From Klebsormidium nitens (lineage: Eukaryota; Plantae; Klebsormidiophyceae), in NCBI GenBank assembly GCA_000708835.1, contig DF237452.1, forward strand, positions 3,856 through 67,855: a stretch of 64,000 nt of DNA, in the 5' to 3' direction. Made by a program: the position numbers and the translations under genes. Positions 14,101 through 25,797 of this stretch are shown one piece after another. Every line of letters begins with the position of its first letter. Position 1 is the first letter of the stretch. The notes under the pieces were generated by a model. It searched no databases and was not told the DNA's origin. It saw nothing but the letters and a program-made list of their open reading frames with translations.

Positions 14101-15744
14101 CAACCCGTCTTCTCCGTGGACAAAACTCGCAATGCGCTCTTTGGCTACTCCCTGTGGAGTGGGAAGAAAAAGTCAATCACCGCATCAGGAATGTCAAAAG
14201 ATGCCGGGCAGCTACATGCTTGTGGCAGAGAGCATAGCCAAGGGCAGGGGCAGTTCTAAACCCAATCTCGTCAATGGAGTTGGGGCCGTTACATGGAGAG
14301 CTAGAGCAGGAGGAAGCGATTTAGAAATGTGGTCAGAGTGAAAACGACTCAGGTTCAAGTCGTACTGTAAGGCCGGTTGGAAGGGTCAGTTGTCTTGCTT
14401 CGTGGCAGTGAACATGTTTTTGGTCCGCTACGCGCAAAGTGTTCAATAGAACCATGACGATTCCGGACCACAAGCGGGTAACAAGGGATCGTAACCATCT
14501 TCGATCCATCTTAACGAATGTTTGAATCTTTGATGCTTTCGAAGCTTCGCAGCACAAACTTGCTTCTTCTGTACTTCGCATGCAAGTTCGAGTGTCTATA
14601 TTTGGAGTCTGATGACCACAGAAAACGAATCCAAATGTCAATGCCAGTGAACCTGTTTTTAAGTCTGCGGAACCTTCTCTGCTTTGAAAAAGTGAATGTT
14701 GGCGTACCTTCAAAGACTTGACCTCCCCTTGAATGACAGGGATGTCAGGGCGACCGGCCAACTCTAGCTGCACAAACCATGCATTCCGTATAAGACAAGT
14801 TCGAAATAGAAAGACAACATGATGTTCGCACAAGGAATCATCTACGACTCTCTGAAAGGAAAAAAGCGAGGGACTGAGCTTGTTCAATGTTCCCTCTTAG
14901 ACAGGATCACGTCCGGGAGGACAGAACAGCGCGACACAATCCTCCAGATTCTCCCAAGGAAAGGAAGATCGGGGTAAGGAAGAGGTAGGTGAGATCCGAA
15001 GTAGTCACTACGTCAAGTCGTTAGTGGGGGACTGGCAGACTTCGTGCAACATTCTAGGCCCCGGAAAGCATCTACCACTCCAGGCAAAGCTTTTGCAGTG
15101 AAGGAAGCCCTTACCAGGTGCAGAGCATTAGAAGTAGCCAGCGGCGTCCGTACGTTCCCAAATATTGTCGTGAGGGCAAGCAATTCCAACTCCGATGACT
15201 GCAGCGCCAATAGAATGGCATACGCGTCATCTATGCCTGGGTCAGTATCAATAACAATCTTCTTTGCATGCGGCCTCCCCCCCCCTCGCCCCAACACAAG
15301 CGGACTCTCCCCAATAGAAACATCCGACCCAGCCGGCTGATCCGGCGGTGTGGACGGCTCCTCAGCCGCCACCTGGCGCTTGTCGGTTGGACCCGAAACC
15401 CTTTGCCTCTTTGCCTCCCCCCCTTGCTGTTCCAAAACCCGTTTGGGATCGCCCTCTCCTGCTAACAGATGCTGGTCCGCGCTCGCGATTGCTGTGACAA
15501 CAGCGGCAGCGACCGACGTCCCGGGCCCCCCTAGCCGGGACTTCTGAGCGAAAGAAAAGGGCTGTGCTGCAGCGGGGGGGTCCCGAGAGGGGCTTTCTGC
15601 ATGCTGGTCGGAGGGGAGGAAAACATCTTGGGAGGGGCCGTCCACCGAGGGGGTACTCGACTTTGAGACACTGTCTATTCCGTGCTCGACGGCCTGGATG
15701 GAGGAACCTGGGCCGTCGGATGGCTTGCCTTTCAAGCGGTCCAT
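11123..15744 (-). CDS. URH2: Inosine-uridine-preferring nucleoside hydrolase, purine-preferring (URH2/NSH2, PpNRH1-like) subclass, about 482 aa, with about 160 aa N-terminal extension
   Basis: Exons 15744-15115, 14767-14708, 14151-13861, 13511-13415, 12607-12500, 12039-11901, 11246-11123; phases consistent. Motifs: KKIVIDTDPGIDD (Ca/ribose-binding), TIFGNV, VHGEDGLGN, LGPLTNLA, GNVNPAAEANILGDPEAAD, FYLKYHVEAY, LHDPS, PSVEVAV. Confidence 0.93.
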
Positions 15745-16999
15745 TGCTCCCACTGACGCCTTGAAAGGCGATCCTGCGACAGGACAAACGACGTGTTCAA
15801 GTCCGAGCTGTGTTGAAGGAATGAAGTGCCCTGCTGTTTAGAGGATGAAGCTGAGGGGAGGCATTTGCTCAAAGTTTGCCTTGGGGATAAGCAACGTCTG
15901 AAAGGATTTCTAGATACATTGGTGCACCAGAAACATGGTCATTGGATCAAAAAAGAAAAACATTCTAGCTCACTGATTGTCTTTCAGCAATTTGGGTATA
16001 TGGAACCGTCAAAAATCCTAGCGTAACAACGGGAGATCTACAAACCCTCTCATGCCAAACCCTAAGGAGAGGGACCAAGTCAGATTTGGGAAGGCAATGA
16101 ACGAGAGCTGAGGTCAGACACTTCTGCAATGAAGCTTCTCAAAGTACTGACGGTCTCTCAAGCATTATGCTGTGTCCTGCATTTGAAACCTCGTTCCTGA
16201 CAGAGTGTGTGGGAAGAACGGGCACATTAGAAGGGCAGAATTGTCTAATGCAACTCTATTTTGGTGTGCAGCTATAACAGCAAGAGTTTGGCAAGAGCCT
16301 GCTGGACGACCAGGCGAAAGAAGGATCGAGCACAACAAATGTATGCCGATGGAATCACAGGATCAGAGCTTCATTAACCAATCGCTTTCAATCATGAGCC
16401 TAAAAGTGAACTGATCTGACCAGGTGTTCTCCTGCGACTCAGAATCCGGCAAGTTACGTGTTTCTCATTGAATATTCTGGGGACATGTGCAACCAGAGGC
16501 GCTCTCAAATTTTGCAGCTTATCGATGGAAGAATAAAGCTCACCTCAATGCAGATTCTAGTGGATTGCAGGATTGAGATTCTCCTCCTGCATGAAACAAA
16601 CTTCAACGAGGTGACAGCACCGTTCTGAAGGAGGGAGATTGGGACTTGTGCCAATTGTTGTGGCAGATCTGCTAATATGAGAGGATGAGAGAACCTGAGT
16701 ACTACCTTTCTTACTATTACTAGTATTAGTATCTGCCACTAATGCTTCAATTTCAAATGCCAATTTGGCGTCTTCTCTTGCCATTGGCATTGCCATTGGC
16801 AGACAAATTCAACCGACTCTGAGGTCCTTGTTCTAAAACTGCCGTGTCGAAGTGGGGCAGTTGGTCGGTAGTCGGTACCGGGAAAGAAGAAGGGCATGAA
16901 GTACGGAACTCTATTCCCGGGAGCTGCTCACCCGGGACGATAACTTGGATAGACATGACCACATTTCTTCAGAACTGATCGAGCAGCTCAGTTGAATGG

Positions 17000-17368
17000 A
17001 CGTAGGTATGTAACTTCACTAGTTTCAACTGCGACGTCATCATAGTTAAGGACGTGCCCAACCTAAAACCCTAAGGTCAAACTGAGAGCAGTAACCGGGT
17101 TTTGACGATACCCTAAGGCGTTCCGCCATAGCCCGCCCGTACCCACCCTAACCCCCCAACTAACCCCACCAAGATCAGTCGGTTGCCCTCTAGTAACCTT
17201 AACATCCCCCGAGCACTCCGACTCCCTGCAATCGAGTGCCCGGTTGAACACTGCACGGTACCGACCAATGTCGACTCGGTAGCGTACCGCCGCACTGTTC
17301 ACCGTAGGTACCGATGATGTCATGCCTACGTTGCAGTTGAAACTAGTGAAATAATACATACTCTACTG
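17000..17368. mobile_element. MITE-like non-autonomous DNA transposon, about 370 bp
   Basis: Perfect 18-bp inverted pair ttcactagtttcaactgc (17015-17032) / gcagttgaaactagtgaa (17333-17350), extending imperfectly outward (gtatgta/tacatac) and inward (acgt). Flanked by near-direct repeats gttgaatgg (16991-16999) and gttgaattgg (17369-17378), a possible TSD. No coding capacity. Confidence 0.7.
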
Positions 17369-17921
17369 GTTGAATTGGCAAAAGCCTGAAGCTGAGCTGT
17401 GAGTCCCATTTCTGTGCGATTCTCAAGCGATGAGTTTTCAAATGCCCCATTCTACCAGTGCATGCCATTGCCTGTTCATTGTAGTTTGTATCAAGGGCGC
17501 TAGGGAATGGCTTCTTTGATGTAAGGATTGGGGGTAGATGATGGGAAGGATTTGTAAAGTCAGCGGGCAAGGCTGTCTGTGCACTTTCCAAAGTACTCTC
17601 AAAGACTTGATGAACACTCCCGCATGAATTGATGGCGACTAGTAGCCGCACTTGAAAGCTGTTTTCTGGCACTCTGATGGATGCAACAAGCATCCACTTA
17701 GAGGGTTCATTTGGAAGCAGACGGAAGGCTGCATTGTACTGTAATGGCAGATTGGCAGACAGTTGTTTTCATGCGGATCAAGCAGATTGCAGAGGCTTCA
17801 GTGTGAACTGCGCAACTTGGCACGCAAGTTCAGCGCTGTTTCAATCAGTCAGCAACCACCTTTGAAGCAGCTTAATAGACGTTGTAATATAAGTTCAGAG
17901 GCTTGTGTTTCTAGAAACAAA

Positions 17922-20900
17922 ATGAGTTTAATATCAGGAAGGTTTGTGCTCGCTTGGGTGCTCACAGCGGTGAGCACTCTGTTGTTGCTTCTGTCATACC
18001 ATGGGTTGCGAGACGCTGTTTCTGCGAAGCTGTGGGAGACAAGCCCTGCAAATGCTGCCCAGCCAAACCTCGCCGTTCAATCTGGAGACGATCACTTTGG
18101 GCCACTCGATACGGCTCAGCAGGTGGAGAAAAAGGACAAGGCCCTTCCGACGAGTCCCAAACTAGAGAGTGAGCTTGTAACAAGAGAGGGGAACGCTTTT
18201 CTGGAGCATCAGACGAGCGCCGTTCGGAAGCTCCAGGCGGCCAAAGTAGAAAGGACCCTTCAGACAGTGTCTGAAAGTAGTGCAACTAGAGGGGGAGCCA
18301 AACCCTCAGGCACCGGGGGAAGCGCTTGGTGGAAGTATGTGGAGCAACTAGGGGGGTGGCAAAACTACATCGACCTGGTCGTCGCGACCACCCCCCGCAT
18401 TCACTACCAGGGGAGTAAACCCCACTACCCCCGGGCGTCAACCACTCCCAGTGCGCGTGAGTTAGAAAGCCGGTTAGCGCTGAGTTTAACAAAAAAGGGG
18501 AGTGCGTCTGGGGTAGCAACCCCCGTCGAGGACGTCAAATTCGAGAAGGGGAGCGGGGAGTTTTCATGGTTCTTTTGGGCGCCCAAACCGGCTGCGGTTA
18601 ACTATAACCGCATCATTGAGGACGAGCTTCAGGAGATGGTCAATGCGCGGCTGCACAAGCGGGGCTTCCCGCACGGTGTGAATAAGCCCTCTCGCGGGGT
18701 GAACACCCCCGAGGAGCACCCCGCTGCCGTTCGGGAGCGGCTGCTTCAAAACCCCGCTTCTTTAACTGCGGATAGCGGACCGGCAACTCAAGGAGAGGAG
18801 TCTGGAGATGGAGAAGTCTTAGTCGATGTTGGAGAAGGGCTAATGGCCGACGTTGGATTCCACGCCAAGAACGTAACTTTGGAACCTGGGTTGGTTGGAG
18901 TTTTCATGAGCGGGTGCGGAGAGACGTGCGGACAGCACGGGACATGTAATGAAGAAATGGGGCGGTGCGATTGCCCGTGGGACCATACGGGACGAGACTG
19001 CGCCGTCCTGGCCATGCCGGCGTGCCGCATTGGCCAGAATGTGAGCTACCCATGCGCATGCGAAGGCTTGAGCTCTTGATGTCACTCGAAACGCGTCTCT
19101 ACAATGCTTGATGTTGAGGCTTGGAGTTATGAGGCCCTGCTCAAACTTGTTGCATCTCTTCTCTGTCTTTACGTCTAGTCTCACAGTCCTGTGAGGATCC
19201 ATAAGGCTCTACTCAGACTTGTTGCATCTTTCTTCCGCTCGAAGTCTCATCTCCTTTTTTGCGTGGACCAGAGACATGTGAGCGCTTTTGACTGCAGAGC
19301 GAAATCCGGTTCGGAGGGCCCTTCCAACAAGTGTTTTGTGTACCAGACAGTGTTTTGTGTACCAGACAGTGTTTTGTGCTCAGACTCTGCACGTCTTGTA
19401 GAATGTGTTACTCTTTGGACTTTGATGCAATCAGATGTGACCTAACCCTCAAACCCGACACTGTTGCAGCGCACGATTCCGTGCAATCAGCCCGCCCCCT
19501 GCGCATGCTACCTTCAATGCGAGCGCTTTGGCTTTGGCCACAGCCATGCCTGCTTCGACGTCAACCCGCCGTACATAAGCGAGGGTGCCATATGGAGCGC
19601 CCCTCAGGTCAGAGCTTTGGCCACGGAGTCTGCCTTCCGTACCGCAAGACAGAAGAGAAGTAGAAACAGTATCTCTGAGTTAACGAGATGGAGAAAGGTA
19701 TTGGTCGGACAGCAGGCTGACACCCGTCCGTCCTTCCTTCGTGAATACCTGCGATCTGCCGACTCGCAGGTCGATACGTCTTTTGCGATGCCTGGAAACA
19801 TTTGTTCCGTTTGCAACTTCTCTCTAACGAATCACGAACGCATGAATCAGGTGTAAGGAAAGTGTTTCCGCCATCAAATTCATGTGCCACTCTCAAGCCA
19901 ACTATGAATGCATGAAGCAGGTGTAAGGAAGAAATTTCAGCCGACTGAATTTATGTGCGGGCACATTTGAAGGGAGACCTGCCAGTCTGAACCTTTTCTG
20001 AAAGTTTGAAGCCACTTTCTCTCACCTCCTCTTACACCAGACAGCAAGCCAAAGGAAACATCGTCAACCAGAGTCATATCTTGCTGAGGAACCGCGAGTT
20101 CCAACATCCTGTTACGGGATTGTCGTGACACCAATTTTGCGTTGCTCTCAGGTCGTAATACGGACGGACGGACGCGGCCATGAAGAAGGGTCCGTTCGGA
20201 CGTCCATCGACGAGTCGGACCCCAATTGGCGGAAAGTACTGCCGTCCCGCTTCTGCCCGTTGGGCTGCAGCGACGTCGGCTGGTGCGAGCGGGACAGCGA
20301 ATTGGGCGTCGAGTAAGGACCCTAAGCTCTTCAACACTGCTTCTGCTTTTGCTGCTTGTCTAGCTTTTCACCCCTCCCAACTCCCTTGAGTCGACTTTGG
20401 TGTCTCTCCTCTGTGAAGCTTTTCTACCTGCTCATCCGCTTTCGAATCAACTACTCTCTATTTCTGGTCAAATTTAAGCTCTTTGTGCTTCTCTCATTTC
20501 CTTCTGGTCTTAGATGCTGTCCTCCCGACCAGCTTTTATCCTTTCGCTGTTCCATCTCGTTTCTTCCATCCTCAACGCCAGCCTTACGGTTCGTGCTCAC
20601 GTAGACAAACGCCCCCTTCTCTTTCTTTCCACGATCGTAAACCCGTTGCCCCCAAGTCTCGCCCCCGCAGCAGCTGCTTGCGCTTTGCCACTGCACAGCT
20701 GTTGATTTGTTTCTCCTTTTCGTTCCCTCCCTTCCTTACCACGGGCCACAACAAAGCGCATCACGCTGACGCATGCACTCATCACCTGCGCAGCCCGCCG
20801 TCCGCGCACTGCAACTGCCCGTTCGGCTTCGCCGGCGCCGGCTGCGAGATCCCCGAGAAGCGGCGCGACATCCGCGTCTCTTGCCTCAACGACTGCTCGG

Positions 20901-23900
20901 GGCGCGGGGTTTGCAACCGGGGCTTCTGTCACTGCAAGCCGGGGGCCTTCGGCATCGACTGCTCGCTCTCTCCGGGCACCCCCAGTCTAGTTTTCACTCA
21001 GCCGGGGACGCTTCTCGCAACCGGTTCAGAGGGCCGGGATCGGATGCAGAAAGACGAGGAGTCGTGGATCTACACGTACGAGCAGTCACGGCGGCCGATC
21101 TTCATGGCGAGGAAGCGCGCGAAGGCCGAACTAGAGCAGGCGGGGTTCGCGGACCCGCTCTTTGTGCCGGAGCCGTCGCCGTCCGCGACACCGATGAAGA
21201 GCTACGGGCCAGGTGGCTGGCGGAAGCAGGTGCCACGTGGCATCCCTCAGGGCGTGCCAGGTGGCGGCGCGGACGTGGAGTACATTCCGTTCATTCAGCC
21301 GCAACTGATTGAGGCAAACCCCGCTGTTCTGCAGCAGGCGATTGATTCCGCTTTGGGGGGGGTGGAAACGGGGCAGGAAGCGACCCCCTCCACGAATCCC
21401 GCTCTCCTGCAGCAGGTGATTGATTCCGCTCTGGGGGGGGGGGAAGCGGGGCAGGAAGCGACCCCCTCGCCGCAGCAAGCGGCGGTTGCGGCGGTCGTAC
21501 TAACCGGGCAGTCAGAAGAGCAGGTTACGGAACTAACCGGTAATCCCGCAATGGATGTGGGAGCGGCAGAGGGGGAAGGCGACAAAGAGGTTTTGGGGGG
21601 GGTCGTTGAGCAGGGCGAGGAGGGGGGGGCGCAGCGGAGGGAGGAGGTTGAAACGGCGGAAGAGGAAAACCAGGGGGGAACTAGGGGCGAGGGGGAAACG
21701 GGTGTGGATGACAGTGCAGGGCCGGAGGAAAAGGCGATCGAAGCTTTGGAGGAGGGTCTGCCTCTAGTGGAGCACTTTGAGGGAGTTGCCGGGGATGGAG
21801 GGGAGACGGGTGGTCTGGTCTTGGAAGAGGATCGAACGGGTGGGGGGGAAATGGGGCAAGAGATTTTGGGGGAAGAGCAAGACACTCTAGGCGGAGTGCA
21901 AGATACTCTGGGGGCGGAGGGCGAAGCAGACGGGGAGGTAAAAGAATGGGTTGGTCAGGAGGATCCGGGGAGAATCGGGGAAGCCGTTGACGAGCCAGCA
22001 GAGGAAACGCCTCAGTTGCGGAGATCGTCTCGGTTCCGAAAAGTTTTGGAGTGGGTGGAGTTCAGAGTGGGCGGTGAAGAGCACCGAGGGAAGATGCGAG
22101 GGGGCGGGGTGGGCAACCGGGCGCTTCTGCTCGTCCAGGCAGGGGTTGATGAAGTAGATCCGAATGAGTTCACCGAAGAAAAAACCCCGGACCAGTATCG
22201 GGGCGCGGAAATGGTTTCCAGAGGCGCCGCTCACGGAACCGCTGTTTCCCGGGGATTTAACCGGACCGCGAATCGGAACCCGTTCTTCAACCCGATGAGG
22301 ACGCCTTCCCCGTCGGAAATGGACGAACTGTATCTAAACCAGACGGTGCAGAACCTGATTCGGCAGGAGGAGATGCGGTGGTTTGCGCTGAAGCGCGCGT
22401 ATCCGAACAACACGTTTTACCAGAAGCCGCTGAGCCTGAACATTACGCAGCTTCGGCAGACCGCAGTAATCCAGCTGAGAAACGTGCGCCTGCAACTAGA
22501 GATGCAGCAGCGGATCCGCGAGGCGAAACTAGAGGAGGAGCGGCGGTTCGTCGCGTCACTCGCGCACATGCGCAACAAGACGCGCGGCAGGGGGGCGGCG
22601 CAGCCCCTGATCTACGTGTACGAGCTGCCCCCCCATTTGAATACGTGGACGTACGTCCATTCCGGGGCGGGCGCGGATCGGACGGCGCCGGTGATCTTTC
22701 TGGAGCGGCTTTTGCATTCCCCCCACCGAACGACGGACCCGAAACTCGCCGACTTTTTCTTTGTACCCGCTTGGCCGCGTTGGCACCTCAACCGGGGGCC
22801 GTACCTAGAGTCCGTCGTCCAATACCTGAGAGCCACGTGGCCGTACTTCGACGCTCGGGGAGGCGCCGACCACATCTGGTTCACGACCGACGACTGGGGT
22901 CCGTGCGAGGAAACCGGGTTTAGGAACCGGGTCATCGGCGCGGGGGTTCTGCTAACCTTCTGGGGTTACGACAAAAACGCCCGGAATGGGGGGGACGAGC
23001 CGTGCTTCATTCCCGGGCAGGATATCGTTGTCCCTCCGAATTTGGAGTACGACATTCTGGCGAAAAGGAAGGAGGCGGAGGAGCGGGGCCGGTTGAGAAT
23101 CGGATTAAGGAACCGCACGAACTGGTTCTACTTTGCGGGGAGCTCCGGCCGGCTGGCAGAGAGCACAGGGACGGGGCGGAAGGAGTACAGCTTTGGGGTG
23201 CGCCAGGTGAGGGTTACGAATGTTAACCGTGAAATTGAATCTAACTCGTCTTCCGTCGTTAGGTCTTCTCACGTGGAAGTCAAGAAGAGCAGCAAGGTCC
23301 ATTTGAGTTGCTTCAAATTTGAAACTGTTTGGGCTGAAGGACGATCGGTCCTGTTGTGGTACACCCAGCGATATAATACTGTCTGGGTTCTTATCTGCAC
23401 ATTCGTGAGCTTTGACTAGGTTGTCTGTCTCCTGAATCTGCTCGACTTGGGCGCAGGTTGTGTTGTCAGTGGTTTCCGATCCCGAGTCTGAGCTTGAGGA
23501 AAGCAGACTCTATCGAAAATGCTTTGTTCTGTTTGTGGCTGCTAGTCCCGTTATGCTAATTGAGGTGTGCAGCAACTCGCTGACTCAAAGATCGATTGGA
23601 AGCAGAGAAATTTTAACTTTAGAAAGCAAAGGCAGAATAGGGAAACGTGCATCCTGTGCTTTCAACCGCAGGGCTTAACCTGCCGTGCAGAGACTCTCCC
23701 CTTTGGCGCAAAGCAAACAAGTTGACGGTTACCATTACCGATCAATCGCAAAAGGCGGAGTACAGTGATTGGGCTTTGAGCCAAAAACTAAGCTCGTTTG
23801 CCTTCGACAACTAAATGCGCCGCACTGTCGCAGGCGGTTTTCGACCACTTCGAAGACGACAACCGGTTCAAGCTCGAGGAGCTGCGTTTCGGCGCGTCGG

Positions 23901-25797
23901 ACTACCTGGCCGAGATGGCCAACTCCCTCTTCTGCCTCGCGCCCTCCGGCCACGGATGGGGCACCCGCGCCACGCAGGCGGTCATCCTCGGCTGCGTCCC
24001 TGTCGTCATTCAGGTGGGTGACGTCAGCAGGGAGGTTAGTACGGACGTCAGCAGTGGTCTTTTTAAAGGTCTGAGGTTTAGAATCTTGATATTGTAGAAC
24101 ACCGTCTGGCCATCTGGCTGGGGCACCCGCACCACGCAAGCGGTCATCCTCGGCTGCGTCCCCGTCGTCATCCAGGTGGGTGACGTCAGCAGCGACGTCA
24201 GCAGTCGTTCTCAAGGCTCTGGGGTTTACACGTCTGATCCCGTAAGCACCGCTCGGCCACGTGGCTGGGGCACCCGCCATGCAAGCGGTGAGCGGCCCCG
24301 GTGTCGTCCAAGTGAGTGACGTCAGCAGCGACGTCGATAGTGGTTTCTAGAGGGTCTGGTTTTGAATTGGTATTGCGCTTCGCAACGCACCACCTGGCCA
24401 CATGGCTGGGGCATCCGCCCCATGCGAGCAGTCAATCTTGGCTGCTTCCCTGTCGTCAGCCTGGTTTGTGACGTCAGCAACTAGCTCACGTCAGCAAGAG
24501 TCTCGAGGTTATAGAATGGTTGTCCTTTCCTCGTCCATCACGGCTTGGGTACCAAGCGCTTATGCTGGCGGTGCCTCTTGCTTGCGTCCCCTCCGTCAAC
24601 CATGCGCACAACAGGGTTTTGGATCCAAGGTCGTTCGGCGTTCAATTGTTTTGGAGTCCAAGTTTGCCTTGTGCCATTTGAGTTTCAATAGCTTTAGCCT
24701 GGTCAATCGCTCGTCTGCACGCAAGTCTGCTTCCACGTTCTTAACGTCGGTAACGACGTCAGCGCTTTCAGAGCCCAAGCTCCTCACGTATGGGTAAAAG
24801 AGTCTGGCGGCTGAGCTGTGAAATGCAGCATCTGGAATGACGTCATCGCCGTTGAATTCTGAGTCTCTTCTGGAAAGACGTACAACTTGCCAAAGGACAG
24901 CGTCGCAGAAGAAGTGGCAGACAGTGTAGCAGCAGGTGCGCGGAACTGGAGGTACCATATGACCGAGTGACGGGTCGAGGTGTGCTTCAATGATGGTTCG
25001 AAGAACCGGTCCCTTTAGTGGCGGCTTGATGGCCGGCGTTGGAGTCAATGTGTCGCTCTAGGCCTGGCTGGACAAGATGCTTTCAAAGGATAACGATGTG
25101 TCGCAAATTCTATTGTGCAGAACGATGTGACGCAACCGTTTGAGTACGATTTGATTGACTGGGAGACGTTCGGCGTCCGGATCCGGAACGAGGATGTGCC
25201 ACGTATCCCCCAGATCCTGGGAGCGATACACGTGACCGAGATCGAGAAGAAGCAGAGGATTATGGGGCAGGTGCGTGATACGACTTCCCAAAATATTCGT
25301 TTTTGCTGCTGAGATGTGAAGCGCTCTTTCGCGTCCTTGATTTGTTTCGCTCACCGTGCTGGAAACAACATCTGTTCCCATCCTTTTTTTCCGTTGGGTT
25401 GAGGTGATTATCCGAGTGCCCCCTACCGGCTTGCGGATCTCCGTTTTACAGGGAATCTGCATCTAGCAAACAAATTTCCATGTGGAGCTTTAGGGGCTTT
25501 GAGGATTGCCTTACAGATCCTCAAAAGTCCTCGGTCAAAGTTGCCCCGGCAAAACGTTTTCATGGTTGAAATCCAGACTTGTCTTGAGTTCTCAAGCATA
25601 GGCATAGCGTCATGGTTCAGCGTCTTATGCGTCTGCAGGTGTGGCCGCGATTCTTGTGGCAGTCACATTCAGAGGGACCGCTAGAGGTGATTCAAGCAGG
25701 TGATTACAAGGATAGCTTGAAGGAGGTGTTGCAGCGTAGGGATGCCTTTTCTACGACGATGGAGGTATTGCAACAACGGCTTCAAATGGAAGACTAA
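17922..25797 (+). CDS. Exostosin-family (GT47) glycosyltransferase with N-terminal signal anchor and several EGF-like modules, about 1439 aa
   Basis: Exons 17922-19040, 19470-19607, 20152-20312, 20794-23206, 23834-24013, 25121-25270, 25639-25797; phases consistent. TM segment FVLAWVLTAVSTLLLLLSY. EGF-like modules CGQHGTCNEEMGRCDCPWDHTGRDC and CLNDCSGRGVCNRGFCHCKPGAFGIDC. GT47 motifs LIYVYELPP, RTTDPKLADFFFVP, GGADHIWFTTDDWG, FIPGQDIVVP, FCLAPSGHGWGTRATQAVILGCVPVVIQ, QPFEYDLIDWETFGVRI. Confidence 0.93.
19330..19380. repeat. Short intronic tandem repeat (20-bp unit, about 2.5 copies)
   Basis: gtgttttgtgtaccagaca repeated, visible directly. Confidence 0.85.
24104..24485 (+). repeat. Three progressively decayed tandem copies of the 3' half and donor of the GT47 exon at 23834-24013
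   Basis: The unit ggccac..ggctggggcacccgc..gcggtcatcctcggctgcgtccc.gtcgtca.ccag|gtgggtgacgtcagc recurs, with donor-equivalent GT at 24176, 24312 and 24464. Confidence 0.9.

Noticed and set aside
9584-17075. Telomere-like TTTAGGG/CCCTAA words at about 9584 and 17062
   Set aside because: Only one or two units each; not an interstitial telomeric array.
21131-24280. Several long minus-strand and off-frame ORFs
   Set aside because: Shadows of the GC-rich GT47 exons and their repeats.
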